A stretch of 64,000 nt of DNA from Massalongia carnosa (GCA_965645245.1 OZ287069.1:2294001-2358000), one strand, 5' to 3'. Positions 24,901 to 37,315 are shown, counted from the stretch's first letter. Notes: generated by a model from the letters alone, not told the origin. Numbers and translations are program-made.

Positions 24901-26160
24901 TACGTAACACCCTCTCAATAAGCTGTAGACCTGCCCACAGCTTCTGGTGGGCTCTTGGATATTTGTAAAGTGCTTTCGTGGGTGGGAGCGTTAGAGTAGA
25001 ATGGATAAAAATTTGTATGATACAGATTCCTTTACTGGGGGAGTTTCCCTCATGGGAGACCTTGATTAGCTGAGCCAATCCCATCCAGCGGCCAAAAAGG
25101 GCGCAGAGGAACACATTCGTCCGCGTAGGGTCACTTCGAGCAGTGGTTCCTCGCTTCCTGATTCTTGACGCTCATAAAGCCACCTTTTGCACCACTCAAC
25201 AAGGCCCTCCCGAGAGGAGCACGGAAAGACTTCCATCGGAGTCGCTGTTCTGTACACTTTTATCATCTACTGCCGTCTAAAGAATTCCCCTAAAACTTCT
25301 ATACCGATCCAGCTTTGAGACATCTTTACCCTAAACGTAGAGTTGGTTCTACGATTATCGCCCCCAATTCTCCAGTTAGGCGAACATAACTAAGCTATCA
25401 CGCTATACATATCAACGATCATGACCGTCACAGCTCCTGAGAGTCCCCGGTGATGGTGTGTCGCTGGTCAAGGCATGCGCCCAATGCTGTAGCTGGTGAG
25501 GTGGTTTGACCACTTGGTACAAGGGATAGTTCTTTTTGTTTACCCAATTATCTGCAGAGATCTCACCTAAACTCATAAGAATACAAGCTAGCCTAATCGG
25601 GCAGTTGCAGTTCAACCAATTGCCTGACACTATCTAGTTAGGCTAACATCAACATTATCAGCTATATGTCGGTGCACACCTCTTGTCTCAAAAATATCTC
25701 GGGTGATGGGGATGGGGACGACATCAAGCTCCAATCACTGCAATTCTGTTGTTGGTCCAGACTTCTTCATCGACACGAAATTTTCTGACATACCTAGCAT
25801 CCAAACATCAGCGAAAACCAACCCTTTCCTTAAACCTCACGATTCTTCAGTCATGCCACGCACTGTGACGTAATGACTTGCTTCACTGCAATCTAGGCCA
25901 TGATGTGACAAATATCGATGCATGCGTTTACACAGGAAGAGGTGTTCGCTGCCCTCAAATGTCATCTAACTTCAGTCAATCAAGACACCCTCTATAGAAT
26001 AATTAGGATTTTCCCAAAGCATTTTTCTTTCATCTCTCGCTCATCAGTTTCCGAATCAAAAGCACTACATCTAAACAAGCAACAGTGGATTAGTCAGTAT
26101 TATAATACTTCTACTATTACTTGCACCAGCGATCCGACTCGTCTAGATCAACAGATAAAC

Positions 26161-26941
26161 ATGAAATATCAGTTAATCACTCTCATTACCATCGCGGCTA
26201 CTGTCATCGCTTTGCCGGCTCCAGGAGACAACCATTTAAGCAGCAAACGTGAGGTTACTGTGTGTACCGAAGCAACGATAGGTCAAGAATGTTTGGTAAT
26301 AAATGTAAATAGCAAGCAGTAAATCTCTTAGGTGTCTTAAGAAGCTGACATGATGATTATTATTCAATAGGCCAAAGGCGTAACAGTCAGTTGCATTTGT
26401 AGGGTAGGTTATGCCTATCCTTGAGTCATAGTATAACGATCTTTTGCTGATAAATGATTCATTCATTAAAATAGTTTATTAGCACTCCTATCTTAGAATA
26501 ATGTTGTAGTAAATCTTTCACTGATAAACGATTTGATTTTTGAAATAGAACGTAAGTTACCTCTGTCGTTGAATCATATTATAACAGTTATTTTGCTAAC
26601 AAACAATTTGTTTGTTGAAAATAATCTGTAAGTTACGTCTATCTTCGAATTATATTTTAACGATTCTCTTGCTAATAAACGAATTGTTTGTTGGAAATAA
26701 CTTGTAAGCTACGACTGTCGTTGAATCATGTTATAATGAATTTTCTGCTGATGACCGGTTTGATTGTTCAAATAAAACATAAGTTATTTCTCTTGTCATT
26801 GTTTCTTCGCACGACACACACGTTCACTCGATCTTGGTTGTTGGCTTTAAATGTGGTCCCGCCTTTAGTTTTGTCTTCGGTCTTTACCCAAATATAAAGA
26901 GTTTCTGTTGGAATAGCAACTGTGCGGCAGCTGACTGCTAG
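26161..26941 (+). CDS. Small secreted cysteine-rich peptide (prepro, Kex2 KR site) with micro-exon array; possibly pseudogenised
   Basis: MKYQLITLITIAATVIA signal peptide, LPAPGDNHLSSKR pro-region, EVTVCTEATIGQECL; intron 26296 (or 26305)-26370; exon 26371-26403 AKGVTVSCICR; 3' structure inferred (see findings). Confidence 0.7.
26404..26851 (+). repeat. Tandem array of ~74-76-bp intron-like units with 3-nt spacers
   Basis: Units start GTAGGT/ATTAGC/GTAAGT/GTAAGT/GTAAGC/ATAAGT at 26404, 26478, 26552, 26628, 26704, 26779; the first five carry a CTRAY branch-like motif and end AATAG or AATAA. Confidence 0.85.
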
Positions 26942-27389
26942 GTTGGTTCTTGCTGGGACCGGAGCAGAAAATAATACCACAGCGTCATGTGGTGACTGAT
27001 TTTCTTTGGTCATTTTTCATTTTGAGTGGATCGAATTTGAGTTGGGATAGTCAACGTAGGGAGACATTCGAGTGAGATCACTTTAGCAACATCACTCTAT
27101 TCTTCCTTCCGTACTTTTTATCAAGAATGAACAGCTCTTCATCAGGTAAAATTCTCTGATCCTGTACTAACTACTTGATTCTATTCGATCTTTCCCAATT
27201 CTGCAGCTGGTGGTCTATTTGCGCTTTCTGGCAGAATTCGGATTCTTGAGAGCTTTTTGATGAGACTAAAGGCAGACTTGGCAGCAGATCGCTTAAACGA
27301 TCAGCAAAGAAATTCATAAAAAGGAAAAGACTACATTGAAGTGTGCTCGAATTCCTCCCCTATTCCAACTGTCAATAACATCAACCAAT

Positions 27390-29443
27390 TCACCACCGCC
27401 TGCCATATCCCTCGGGAATCGGATACCGCGCCCGCTTCACACCCGCGAAACCTGGCAGCGCTGCGGCTCCTGACGGCTGCGCGGCGATTCCCGAAGGCTG
27501 CGCGGCTCTGTTCCCGCCACCAGCAGGGTTCGGGCATGACTTGCCATCTAGCTGGCGGCCGTTGAGACAAGGTTTGTTGGACTTTGATTTGGGATTTGGT
27601 TGCCCGATGGGGGTCTTTTGGCCGGGTGGAAGTTTTTGGGTTGGAGCCGATTTGATGCCTTTGAACTCGATGCATGTCTGCGCGAAGTCTTTCTCTTTGA
27701 CGGGCTAGAGATTCTGGATCAGCGGAATTATTTTTGGGGAGTAGAACAATAATCCCATGAAGAACGCACAGAGAGCGGAATTTCTGCAAGCGGAAATTCT
27801 TTGTCGCCCAATTTAGCTTCGAAGCCTGCCGTTATTTTGACGTCCGTTTTGGCAACGGCGTAGAAGCCGGTCTCGAGTCCTCCCTTTCTACACAGGCCCC
27901 TTTGCGCTATTTTGTGCCTTATGTTAGCGACAAGAGCGAAGATGGCGTTAACGTGTGGAGAACTAACCATAGGCAGGAGTGAATGAGACGACTCCTTCCG
28001 GAAGGGGCATGGCTATGTTCACGTTCAACTTCCCAACTTTGAGCGCCTCGATGCCAAATTTCAGCGCGGCTGTTCCAGCCAAGCTTATACTTGTCGCATG
28101 CTCGAGAGATCTAAGCTGGTAGGTCGGCTGGTCATATAGGAATTTATCCCAGCCTTTGATCTGCCCGTTCTTGGGGTTGACCACGTCGGCGGTGACGAGC
28201 GCGGATGTGTCTTTCATGCCTCCTTTGAAGGTCATGCCTAGGTCGACGGCGCCTTGGAATGTACTTTTCAAGCTGATGCTATAGGCTACCGATGCCCTAG
28301 CCTTGAAAAAAGGCCCAAGCGAGATGCCAAGATCCGGAATGGAGGATCTAATGATATCGTGCTCGAAATTAATGGGAATTTTGGCAGCCGAATTTATGCC
28401 ATTGGATTTGATAGAGACTGTCATAGCCGTTTTTACGTTGGAGAACGATATGGTTGCGGTGGCCGCTACGATATTAGGCCCTATAACCTAGTGGAGTTGG
28501 TTTGTGTATCATTCAAATAGGGGAGCATGGGCGTAACTGAAAAACTCACTTTAATTCGCCCGGTCATTTTTATTGATGCATAGATAAGACAATCGGTGCA
28601 GAAAATCTTATAATCCTTGCTAAAAGATATCAGAGAGATTTGCGAGGGAGGCTCAGCACACGAGGCTTACGAGAAAGAAGGAATCTCAGTTTTCTCCCCA
28701 GGGTTGGTCTTGACATCAAGGTATATTGGCTTTGTGTTCGTGATAGAATTATCGAAATCGCGTGGCCTGAGCGTTGAACGATGAGATCCGGTTGTGCGAA
28801 CGTCCAATGCATTTATGCTATGCGAGGTGGCCAGCCGGCGCTGCTCAAATTGTCCCCAACTCAGATCATAGCTGTGGGTAACGTCGGACCACTCAACCAA
28901 CCGCGAGGATAGATGCGTTGTTAAAAGAACTGGATCTTCTCTGAGTTGTGTGAGCTGTCATGGGAGTCAGCAGCTGCACTGTTTATGTTTATGCATTACT
29001 GACATATAGGGATGCCTCCTACTGTCTGGGCCACAGCCTTGGTGGTTGGTGATTACCAAGAAATTTTGATCCGTCTCCTGATTGATAAAGCTCCATGCCT
29101 TCAACGCACGTTCGAAAGCATCTTCTGATTTGAAGGTTAGCGACATATGTCCGTCGTCGCCGTTACAGTCCACGTATTCGGTAAGGGATTCAAAACGTTC
29201 TAGAAGGACGATAGGTAATCCGGCTGGAGCTTCAAGGGTGACGTTTCCAAAGTGCACCTCGTCATCGAGGCCAAGCCCGTACATGAGCTGTGCCTGAGGT
29301 TGTGGATCGAAATCTGCCAAGCAGTCGACGCTCCGGCGTTTGATGCCGGTTGCAGCTTCATAATGGCCAATGTTGATTGGCAGCAGCTCAATGGCGAACG
29401 AGGAACAAGCGAATGATAGGGCTATCAGTTTTGAGGTCAGCAT
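27390..29443 (-). CDS. Secreted fungal protein of unknown function (resembles DUF7029/DUF7223-type proteins), multi-exon
   Basis: Signal peptide MLTSKLIALSFACSSFA; PIVLLERFESLTEYVDC..MSLTFKSEDAFERALKAW; IFCTDC exon; an open frame can be spliced through five GT-AG introns to TGA 27390-27392. DUF assignment from recall, not searched. Confidence 0.75.
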
Positions 29444-31430
29444 AGCTGAGCGTATTTCCCGGATGCTAATAAATCGAAAATTTTCTGCTGGAAAATGAAC
29501 GGAAGAGCTGAACGAGAGTAGGAACTAATGAACGAGAACACAATAGAGAAGCTATTTGAAATGGAGAGAGAAAAGACCCAATCGAAGAAAAACCTTCACA
29601 CTTATACCCTTGAGACCTTGGAGGGACACTGCAGCGTCGTCACCACCAAGTCTAAGCCCTAGGGCTTCTACAAAGGTCCTCTCAGTGAGTCATGGCTTAA
29701 CAGCTATCCAATATTCTCCGATATTTGATTGAACCTGAAAGCACATACCCTGGCGTTCAGAATTCGAGGCGCAGTGAATCGGAAGACCGAAGAAAGTAAT
29801 GGAGCAGCATTGATGGGAAACGCATGAAACTTGAGTCAACGATGCTCAGCCCAGGATAGTGGGGATCGGATTATGGAAGAATCGCAATTGTGGTGTAGAG
29901 CAAATCTTACGATGGGGTCTGGCTGAGAAAAAAGGAAGCCGATGGATGAGAAGGTGCGGATTTGGTCTACAATTCGCTCGCCAGGAACCTGGCACCAATA
30001 TATCAACAAAACGAAGAAACCTCAGAAAACCATATCCTCTCTCCATAGCCACATACAGTTCCAGAACACATCTCTTTTCACTCCACCCAAGAGACCTAAT
30101 CACACCTCATCCCCTCAATCAAAAAGTGCCCCTTATCAAAAACTCCCAGGTATCCAGATCTACGTGACCTACCTACGCGTAGATAGATAGATAAACAGCT
30201 GCCCTCCCCGGTCATACCGTTATTCGTCAAAGCCCCAGGGCTGAAGACCCCTTATTTCTTTTCCCTGCATAAGAAACGGCTCGGAGAAGGGGTCTGCATC
30301 CCACACACATGGACTCCCGTCGTTAGTTGCTTAATGCAAGTCTCCCCTCCGAAGAGCTCTCAGCCGCCTTTCCGCCGAATAGGTAGGTAGCTATCTCCTT
30401 TTTTTCCCACCCAATGCAGGGTCTAGGTACGTATGTACATACACACATACGCGCAAGCAATGGGTAAAAAAATAACGGCAACGGCTGGTTGCGGTACTCT
30501 GTATGTACCTGTTACGACTACCTACCTATCTACTGTCCATCTCCCTAACCCCCAACCTCCCAACCTCCTTGCTAATCTCTATTCCTCCTCTCTCAAGGTC
30601 TACTTGTTTTGCTTGCTCTCTCTCTCTCGTGCGCGCGCGTTCTGCTTAATTGTTTCCATGCAGTAGTAACCTTCCCCTCCCCTCCACCCCGGCGCTATGA
30701 GGATAAGTAATAAGAATACCAATAATAACTACATCATCAAGAATGATGACGATGATCATCATGATAAATGCTCCTTCCTATACCTTAGCCATAAACCCGT
30801 ATGCATACATACATCCATTCGTCCAATACAACCTCTCTCGCCCTCCCCCATCACCAAAACACCAAAACTCCCAAACTCCCCGTCCAGTCGCTAAAAAAGA
30901 CTCGACTCCATCACGGCGGAAACCGACCAACCAAACAAGTCTAGGCCCAAAAGGGCGATTTGAGCGGATTGGAAGCGAGGCAAGCAAGCAAGTAAGCAAA
31001 GCAAGTAAGAGGGCAAGCGGGGAATGGACGTTGTGCGGGCCTTTTTTTTCGGTTTGGTTCCGCTGGGAATTGATATTTGGGTGTGTATATATACAAAAAG
31101 AAGGGTGATTCTCCTAAGAAATTCCAAAAAATCCATGTGTGGTGACAACGAAATTTCGTGAGAAAACCCCTCCTCAAAACCTTCCAGAAATGAAACAAAA
31201 ACAACTCTCCCCAAGAAAAACAAAAAACAAATAACGAATATATATGTGACAACAACGAGGTTTTGCAAGAAACCCCTCCTTCTCAGATTCCTCCGCAAAT
31301 GAAACAAACACAACCCCTCCCCCCGGCACCCAACTCGCGAACATGCCGTCGTCCCTGCTGGATAAGGCTTGTTTATATACCCAACCCCCCCCCTCGTCTC
31401 CTCTTATATATACCTATCTATAAATACTCC

Positions 31431-32261
31431 TCACCCCTCCGCTTCCCTCCTCCTCCACGCCACACTCCTCTCCAGCGCTCGCTCCCACCAAAGGCTAACC
31501 ACTCCACCCGCCCTCGCATGTCTGCGGTGCTGCACGCCGCCCCGGTTTTGCGACTTATGTTTAAACAGTCTCGCGATGCGCGCGAGCAGGTTGAGCAGCC
31601 GCGCCACAGACGCGGAGTGTTGGGTTGAGGCGGTGGTGGACTTATTCTCGTGCGGAGAGGTGCTGGGGGACGAGGACGTAGCTTTGTTGATGGAATCGGG
31701 TGCTGGGATGGGGAAGTAGTTATTTGAGGGAGGAGAAGGGGGGGAGGTCCAGGTTGGGGTTAGGCCGAGAGTGGTGGGGGTTGCAGTGGAGGGGATGAAT
31801 GGTGGAGTTGCAGGGGAGGAGGGGTTAGGTTCTGAGGCGCTTGCAAGTAGGGCGTTAATGAATCCCCGGCTGGGAGAGGGGGTTGGGCCTGAGGGGCGTT
31901 CGTAGGCGAATGGGGCGGTTGTATTGCTGGATGCAGTGGCGCTGCTCAAAGGAGCTGATCCGCTGGCGACGATAGGATTGCTGGATGCTATGGCTTTCAG
32001 ATGTACAGTGATGTTGCTGAATGCAGTGACGCTGCTCGAGGGAGCTGATCCGCTGGCGGCGATGGGGTTGCTGGATGCTGTGGCGTTTAGATATATAGTG
32101 GTGTTGCTGAAGCGTGATGAGCCGGTTGAAGTTATGATATTGCTGGATGCTATTGCATTGAGGGAGGCAGTGGCGCTACTCAGGGGAGCCGATCCGCCAC
32201 CATGGGCGGTAACCCAGGAGATTGATCCCAAAGCGACCAGGAAGTTCCTGGTAGTATGCAT
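31431..32261 (-). CDS. Ser/Thr/Pro-rich secreted protein with internal repeats
   Basis: MHTTRNFLVALGSISWVTA signal-like start; about three imperfect repeats ASSNPI.ASGSAP.SS.TA.SN.T; 3' end uncertain. Confidence 0.6.
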   Translation of the reverse strand: MHTTRNFLVALGSISWVTAHGGGSAPLSSATASLNAIASSNIITSTGSSRFSNTTIYLNATASSNPIAASGSAPSSSVTAFSNITVHLKAIASSNPIVASGSAPLSSATASSNTTAPFAYERPSGPTPSPSRGFINALLASASEPNPSSPATPPFIPSTATPTTLGLTPTWTSPPSPPSNNYFPIPAPDSINKATSSSPSTSPHENKSTTASTQHSASVARLLNLLARIARLFKHKSQNRGGVQHRRHARAGGVVSLWWERALERSVAWRRREAEG

Positions 32262-34271
32262 TTTCGGTTTGTATGGGAAGGGCGAAGACAAGGTAACCGA
32301 TCAGTGCTTCTTACTTCCGGCGTAGTCAAGGGTTGTCAAATGAATGTTAATCTTTAATCAATGAAAGAATGGTAAGGAGCGACTAGGTCAAAGGAAGGTG
32401 AGTTGGTAGATTTGAAATGAATGACCCTATGATAACAAACACAAGGATAGAACCACTTCGCAATAAAGATACTAAAGACTTGGGTAAGAAGAGAAAGCAG
32501 GCGAGAACGTTTTATATGAGAGAATTCTACAAGCGACATCGGTTAGCCATGCATCTAAGATCCTCCACACCTCTGACACAATTGACTGCTTCTGCATAGT
32601 TTCCGGAGATTTTTGCGAGTACATCTCAATGCTATTTTCGTATTTTCAAACACTGATGCAAAGTGATGTTAAACAACGAGATGATATAAAGCGTATTGGG
32701 GTAAAACATGGCCACGGGATGGACCCTGCGGGCTAGGAGAGTGTGGCGGGAGCGATCATGGGACAAATGTGGCTTCGCATAAAACGAGGCATCTAATCCA
32801 GAGCGTCGGGAAGAGTTCTTATATCCGTGCTTTTTGGTCTTGATCGGGAGGAGTTGACTTAGGGAGACGAGTGAGGGAGGAGTATTGGGGCTCTCCGGTT
32901 GATGTGTTTCATGGACAGCGAGAAGCAGTGATTGATAACATTAAGCTAATGACACGTTGGTGTTGTGCATGGATTCAAGTATACAAAGTTCACTTGGCTT
33001 GTTGAGGGCTGAGACGGTGTGGAATGAGGAATGAGGATGGAGGATGGAGGATGGTCGTCGTTCAGGGGCTGTGTACCGGAGAATTATCGGCGAACCCATC
33101 CGAAATCGGATTAGTGTGGAAACAGGCTATCTTGACGACAACTTCATGTCCGATACACCACACTCCCTCCTTCCTCTTTCTGCGCTTACTCCACCACTAA
33201 TTCGCTTCCGCTTCTTGCGGTCAACCACAGCTTCGTTGTTTGGATTACTGCTCATCTTCTATATGTTGAACCGTGAAGACCCTCTCAGATTCCGGAGCTC
33301 GCCCTTTGAATGCAGGGCTCATCAAGCAACCCGGTTGTCGACTAGCCTGGTTTAAGAAAGCTGATTCGATGTTTGCGAGCCGGCGCAGGGTCTCTCACTA
33401 GATTTATCGCCGAATAGATGACGACAACAGGCGCGCTACGTGTGCTTGAGAAGAGAAAGTGCCGAATCCACATAATGGATAGGGACCTCGGGGTGCGGGT
33501 GGAGCTTTGTTCTCCCGGTGAGATCGGGCGTGGTGCTGAAGACCCTTGGCATCATGCCCTTTCTACTTTGTGTAACGCGAGTAAAAATACCATGTGGTAG
33601 TTCACCGATTGGCTTGCTATTTATAGGGGTGGCCAAAGGCCCTGCTTTCCTTCCTTCCTCCTTCATCCTACACTCCAGGGCGTACACACCCTCAGGTAGA
33701 TTTTGTTCATTTCAAGTCTTTATGCACTGAAACGGGCGCATGGCTTATGACGGCTCCAACGAGCAGTAAAACCTTCAGGGTCGCAAGTATTCTGACTTAA
33801 TGTGGAGTCTCGATGTAATTTCCTTGCATTCAATCTCCCTTACCGCTTCTTAGAATTCAGGGCATGAATATGGTTTGTGTTGCTCGTCCCTTACGGTGGC
33901 AAAGTTGATATCGACGAATTACGTGGCAAAGGAAACGTTTGCAGCCAAGGTGTCCATTTCATGCTTCTGTTTTTGTAATTGGTCATCGTACAAACTCAGG
34001 TTGTCTATCAGTTTCATGCAAGACGCGGCTCGGGCAAGATCACTCAACTCGTCATGACTTTTAATGATGAGGTTTTTGCAGTAATCAAAGCTTGAGTGAT
34101 AGGCTGAAGATATGAGGGGTGGTATACGATCCTCGGTCAGAAATAGCCATCGTGAAAGTTTTATTTGCATTGAATGAGCAGACTATTAAAGCGTAGTTCT
34201 ATCCATCGAATGCGTGTTCATTCTGTTCAGTATCTTTTGCTTTAGGATTCTCCTACGAAAAATCACATGCA

Positions 34272-36706
34272 ATGCGTTCCACCAGTTTTCTTCTAGCGTT
34301 CTGGGTTGCAGTTGCATTGACAATTCCTGTCCACAAACGACAATTCGACGATGGAGGCGATGGAGGCGATATAGGATCGTCTTTCGACGGTGATTTCATC
34401 GATTCTCTAGATTCTCTAACCCTGCTTTAACTGACGTTGCTCTAGACAGCACTACCTCATCTGACACCACGCCGGTCGACACTACACCAGTTGACACCAC
34501 ACCAGTTGATACCACACCAGTTGACACCACACCAGTTGATACGACGCCAGTAGATACTACACCTGTTAACACTACCCCGGTCGACACCACGCCGGTTGAC
34601 ACCACGCCGGTTGATACTGCACCGGTCGATCCCACTCCTGTGGATTCCGCTCCCGTCGATAGTACCCCTGTTGACGCTGCCCCAAACAATGTTGCACCCA
34701 CAGATGGGACTATTCCTGCTGAGATAAGCAAACCGCCTGGCGACGTTGCTCCCGTTCAGCCTGTCGCTTTAGGGCCATTCAGCGATACTCCCACGAATAA
34801 TATTGCTCCTGTTGAAACAGCCCCCCCGGTACCTGTCAGCGATACTCTGGTAGAGACTAGCCTTCCAGGACCTGTCAGTGATACACCCTCAGATAATACT
34901 GCTCCGGTGGAGACAGCTGCTCCTGTCGATACAGCTGCTCCTGTGGAGACAGCCGCTCCAGTCGATACAGCTGCTCCAGTGGAGACAGCCGCTCCAGTCG
35001 ATACAGCTGCTCCAGTGGAGACAGCCGCTCCAGTCGATACAGCTGCTCCAGTGGAGACAGCCGCTCCAGTCGATACAGCTGCTCCAGTGGAGACAGCCGC
35101 TCCAGTCGATACAGCTGCTCCAGTGGAGACAGCCGCTCCAGTCGATACAGCTGCTCCTGTGGAGACAGGTGCTCCAGTCGATACAGCTGCTCCAGTGGGG
35201 ACAGGTGCTCCAGTTGATACAGCTGCTCCAGTCGATCCAACTGCTCCAGTCGATACAGCTGCTCCAGTGGAGACAGGTGCGCCAGTTGATACAACTGCTC
35301 CAGTCGATACAGCTGCCCCAGTGGAGACAAGTGCGCCAGTCGATCCAACTGCTCCAGTCGATACAGCTGCTCCAGTGGAGACAGGTGCTGCAGTGGGGAC
35401 AGGTGCGCCAGTCGATACAGCTGCTCCAGTGGAGACAGGTACTGCAGTGGGGACAGGTGCGCCAGTTGATACAACTGCTCCAGTCGATACAGCTGCTCCA
35501 GTGGGGACAGGTGCTCCAGTTGATACAGCTGCTCCAGTCGATACAACTGCTCCAGTCGATACAGCTGCTCCAGTGGAGACAGGTGCGCCAGTTGATACAA
35601 CTGCTCCAGTCGATACAGCTGCCCCAGTGGAGACAAGTGCGCCAGTCGATCCAACTGCTCCAGTCGATACAGCTGCTCCAGTGGAGACAGGTGCTGCAGT
35701 GGGGACAGGTGCGCCAGTCGATACAGCTGCTCCAGTGGAGACAGGTACTGCAGTGGGGACAGGTGCGCCAGTTGATACAACTGCTCCAGTCGATACAGCT
35801 GCTCCAGTGGAGACAGGTGCTCCAGTTGATACAGCTGCTTCAGTGGAGACAGTTCCTCCAGCAAGCGCTGTGTTGACTGCCGCACCTGAAGCAACTATTC
35901 CTTCTGCACCCGAGGAGACTGCAAACCCTGGTGCTATACCAAGTGAATCCAACCTCCAAGGAATCGCAAGTGACTTGGCAACTGCAGGTTCCCAGCCCAC
36001 AGCTCCCTTATCGCCAAAAGAGACCCCAAACCCTAAAGATGTTCTCAGCAACGCTGACCTTGATGCCATTGCGAGCGATTTGGCCAATCCAACAACCCAG
36101 CCTGCCCCTCCGTCAAACTCGAAAGCACCCTCTTCCCCTGAGCCCAAAGCGCCACAACCAAAATCACCCAACAAGGCTAATCCTCTTGATGATTTACTCA
36201 AGCAAATTGTATCCGCAGCTCCGGGGATCATCAATAATCTTCTCAAAAAGCTGGCGACTCCTGGCACTCCGGCGCGTGTATCTGTGAAGTCCAAAGCCCC
36301 ATTGCCAACATCTACGAAGAGCAAATCCATCATATTAACGCCGGCACCCGCTCATACTTCTGCCGTCTTCATCCCCAATGTGGCATTAACAACGCTGAAA
36401 GGTACTGTTTCCAAGCCACTTCCTGCGCCATCGCCATCGCCATCGCCATTGCAGGTGGTGGGTGGGTTTGGGGATCAGCAGCTAAAGCAGATAGTTTGCG
36501 TTGTATCCTGTCTGAAAGCCGATGATTTTCAAGCTTGTGTGGGTAGTAAGTGTGCTAGCCAGGTTAGTATATGATTTTGCTTTCTATACGCTATCGTCTA
36601 AAATACTGGCGAGAAAGCTAATAACTTGGTTGGGCTGTAGTCAGGAAGCCTAAGTAAGACTACGAGCGGCGTTTCTCTTACCAAAAGTCCAACAGCGCTC
36701 CCCTAG
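34272..36706 (+). pseudogene. Secreted mucin/adhesin-like tandem-repeat protein with a frameshift after the signal/pro region
   Basis: ATG 34272 MRSTSFLLAFWVAVALTIPVHKRQ (signal + KR) is in a different frame from the long VDTTP / PV(D/E)TAA repeat ORF; frame change near 34395-34420; C-terminal CVVSC..ACVGSKC; intron 36563-36640; TAG 36704-36706. Confidence 0.75.
34462..35852 (+). repeat. Coding tandem repeats: 15-bp units (VDTTP) then 18-bp units (PV[DE]TAA) with a 306-bp higher-order duplication
   Basis: 15-bp array ~34462-34678; 18-bp array ~34901-35852; block starting 35281 recurs at 35587 (17 x 18 bp). Confidence 0.95.
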
Positions 36707-37242
36707 GTAAGACTTAAAGCAGCAGTCCTCGCCGCAAACGTTGAGATGCTCGCGAAAAGTACCTCTGAAGATGTCTGGATGCCCTGCTGCCAAAGCGGCA
36801 AGGCTTCGTAAGGGGATGATGACGGACTGGCGGGCTAACGTAGCTTCAAAAACCACATTGGGCTCCTTTGATTTCTTTTCGCGAGTTTTTGTATACTAAA
36901 TGTATTTTTCACCAAGAGATTTGTAGCAATGCCTGCCGAAACAGATTTTAACATTTGCCTCAAAGATCAATCTGAATTAAGACTATGTTATAAAGTTTCC
37001 CTATTATTAGTTTTGGTGTCTTTCTCGAGAGCAAAATCAAAGAAATCAGCATAACTTTCAGTAATATACTTAGATGAGAATGTTGCTCCTCACTACCGGC
37101 ATAGGTTCAATTATCACGGAATCGGTTTCAAGGTACTTTATGAAGAGGAACTGTGGCACCTCGTTTCGCGTGCAAAGGACTTGAGCGCGCCGTATGAGGT
37201 GACACTAGATATATTCCGTTAAGCTAACATTCAATCACTAAT

Positions 37243-37315
37243 GGCCGTGTAGTCAAGCGGTAATGCCGACACAAACGTAAACGCACACCTCGCCGGTTCG
37301 AACCCCCGCCGGGGC
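37243..37315 (+). other. tRNA-derived Pol III promoter (SINE head or tRNA pseudogene)
   Basis: A box TAGTCAAGCGG 37250-37260 and B box GGTTCGAACCC 37295-37305 at tRNA spacing, starting GGCCGTG; acceptor and anticodon stems do not pair. Confidence 0.55.

Noticed and set aside
20000..26000. Starship or other giant element
   Set aside because: No tyrosine-recombinase captain or boundary repeats recognisable.
26404..26851. CRISPR-like array interpretation
   Set aside because: Eukaryotic context, degenerate long units with 3-nt spacers and splice signals, no cas genes.
30230..30330. Hammerhead-like CTGAAGA...GAAAC motif with nearby hairpins
   Set aside because: Stems I and II cannot be formed around the core.
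34756..36333. Long alternative-frame and antisense ORFs in the mucin repeat
   Set aside because: Stop-free by-products of the 18-bp repeat.
37243..37315. Functional tRNA gene
   Set aside because: Acceptor, anticodon and T stems do not pair; kept only as a tRNA-derived relic.
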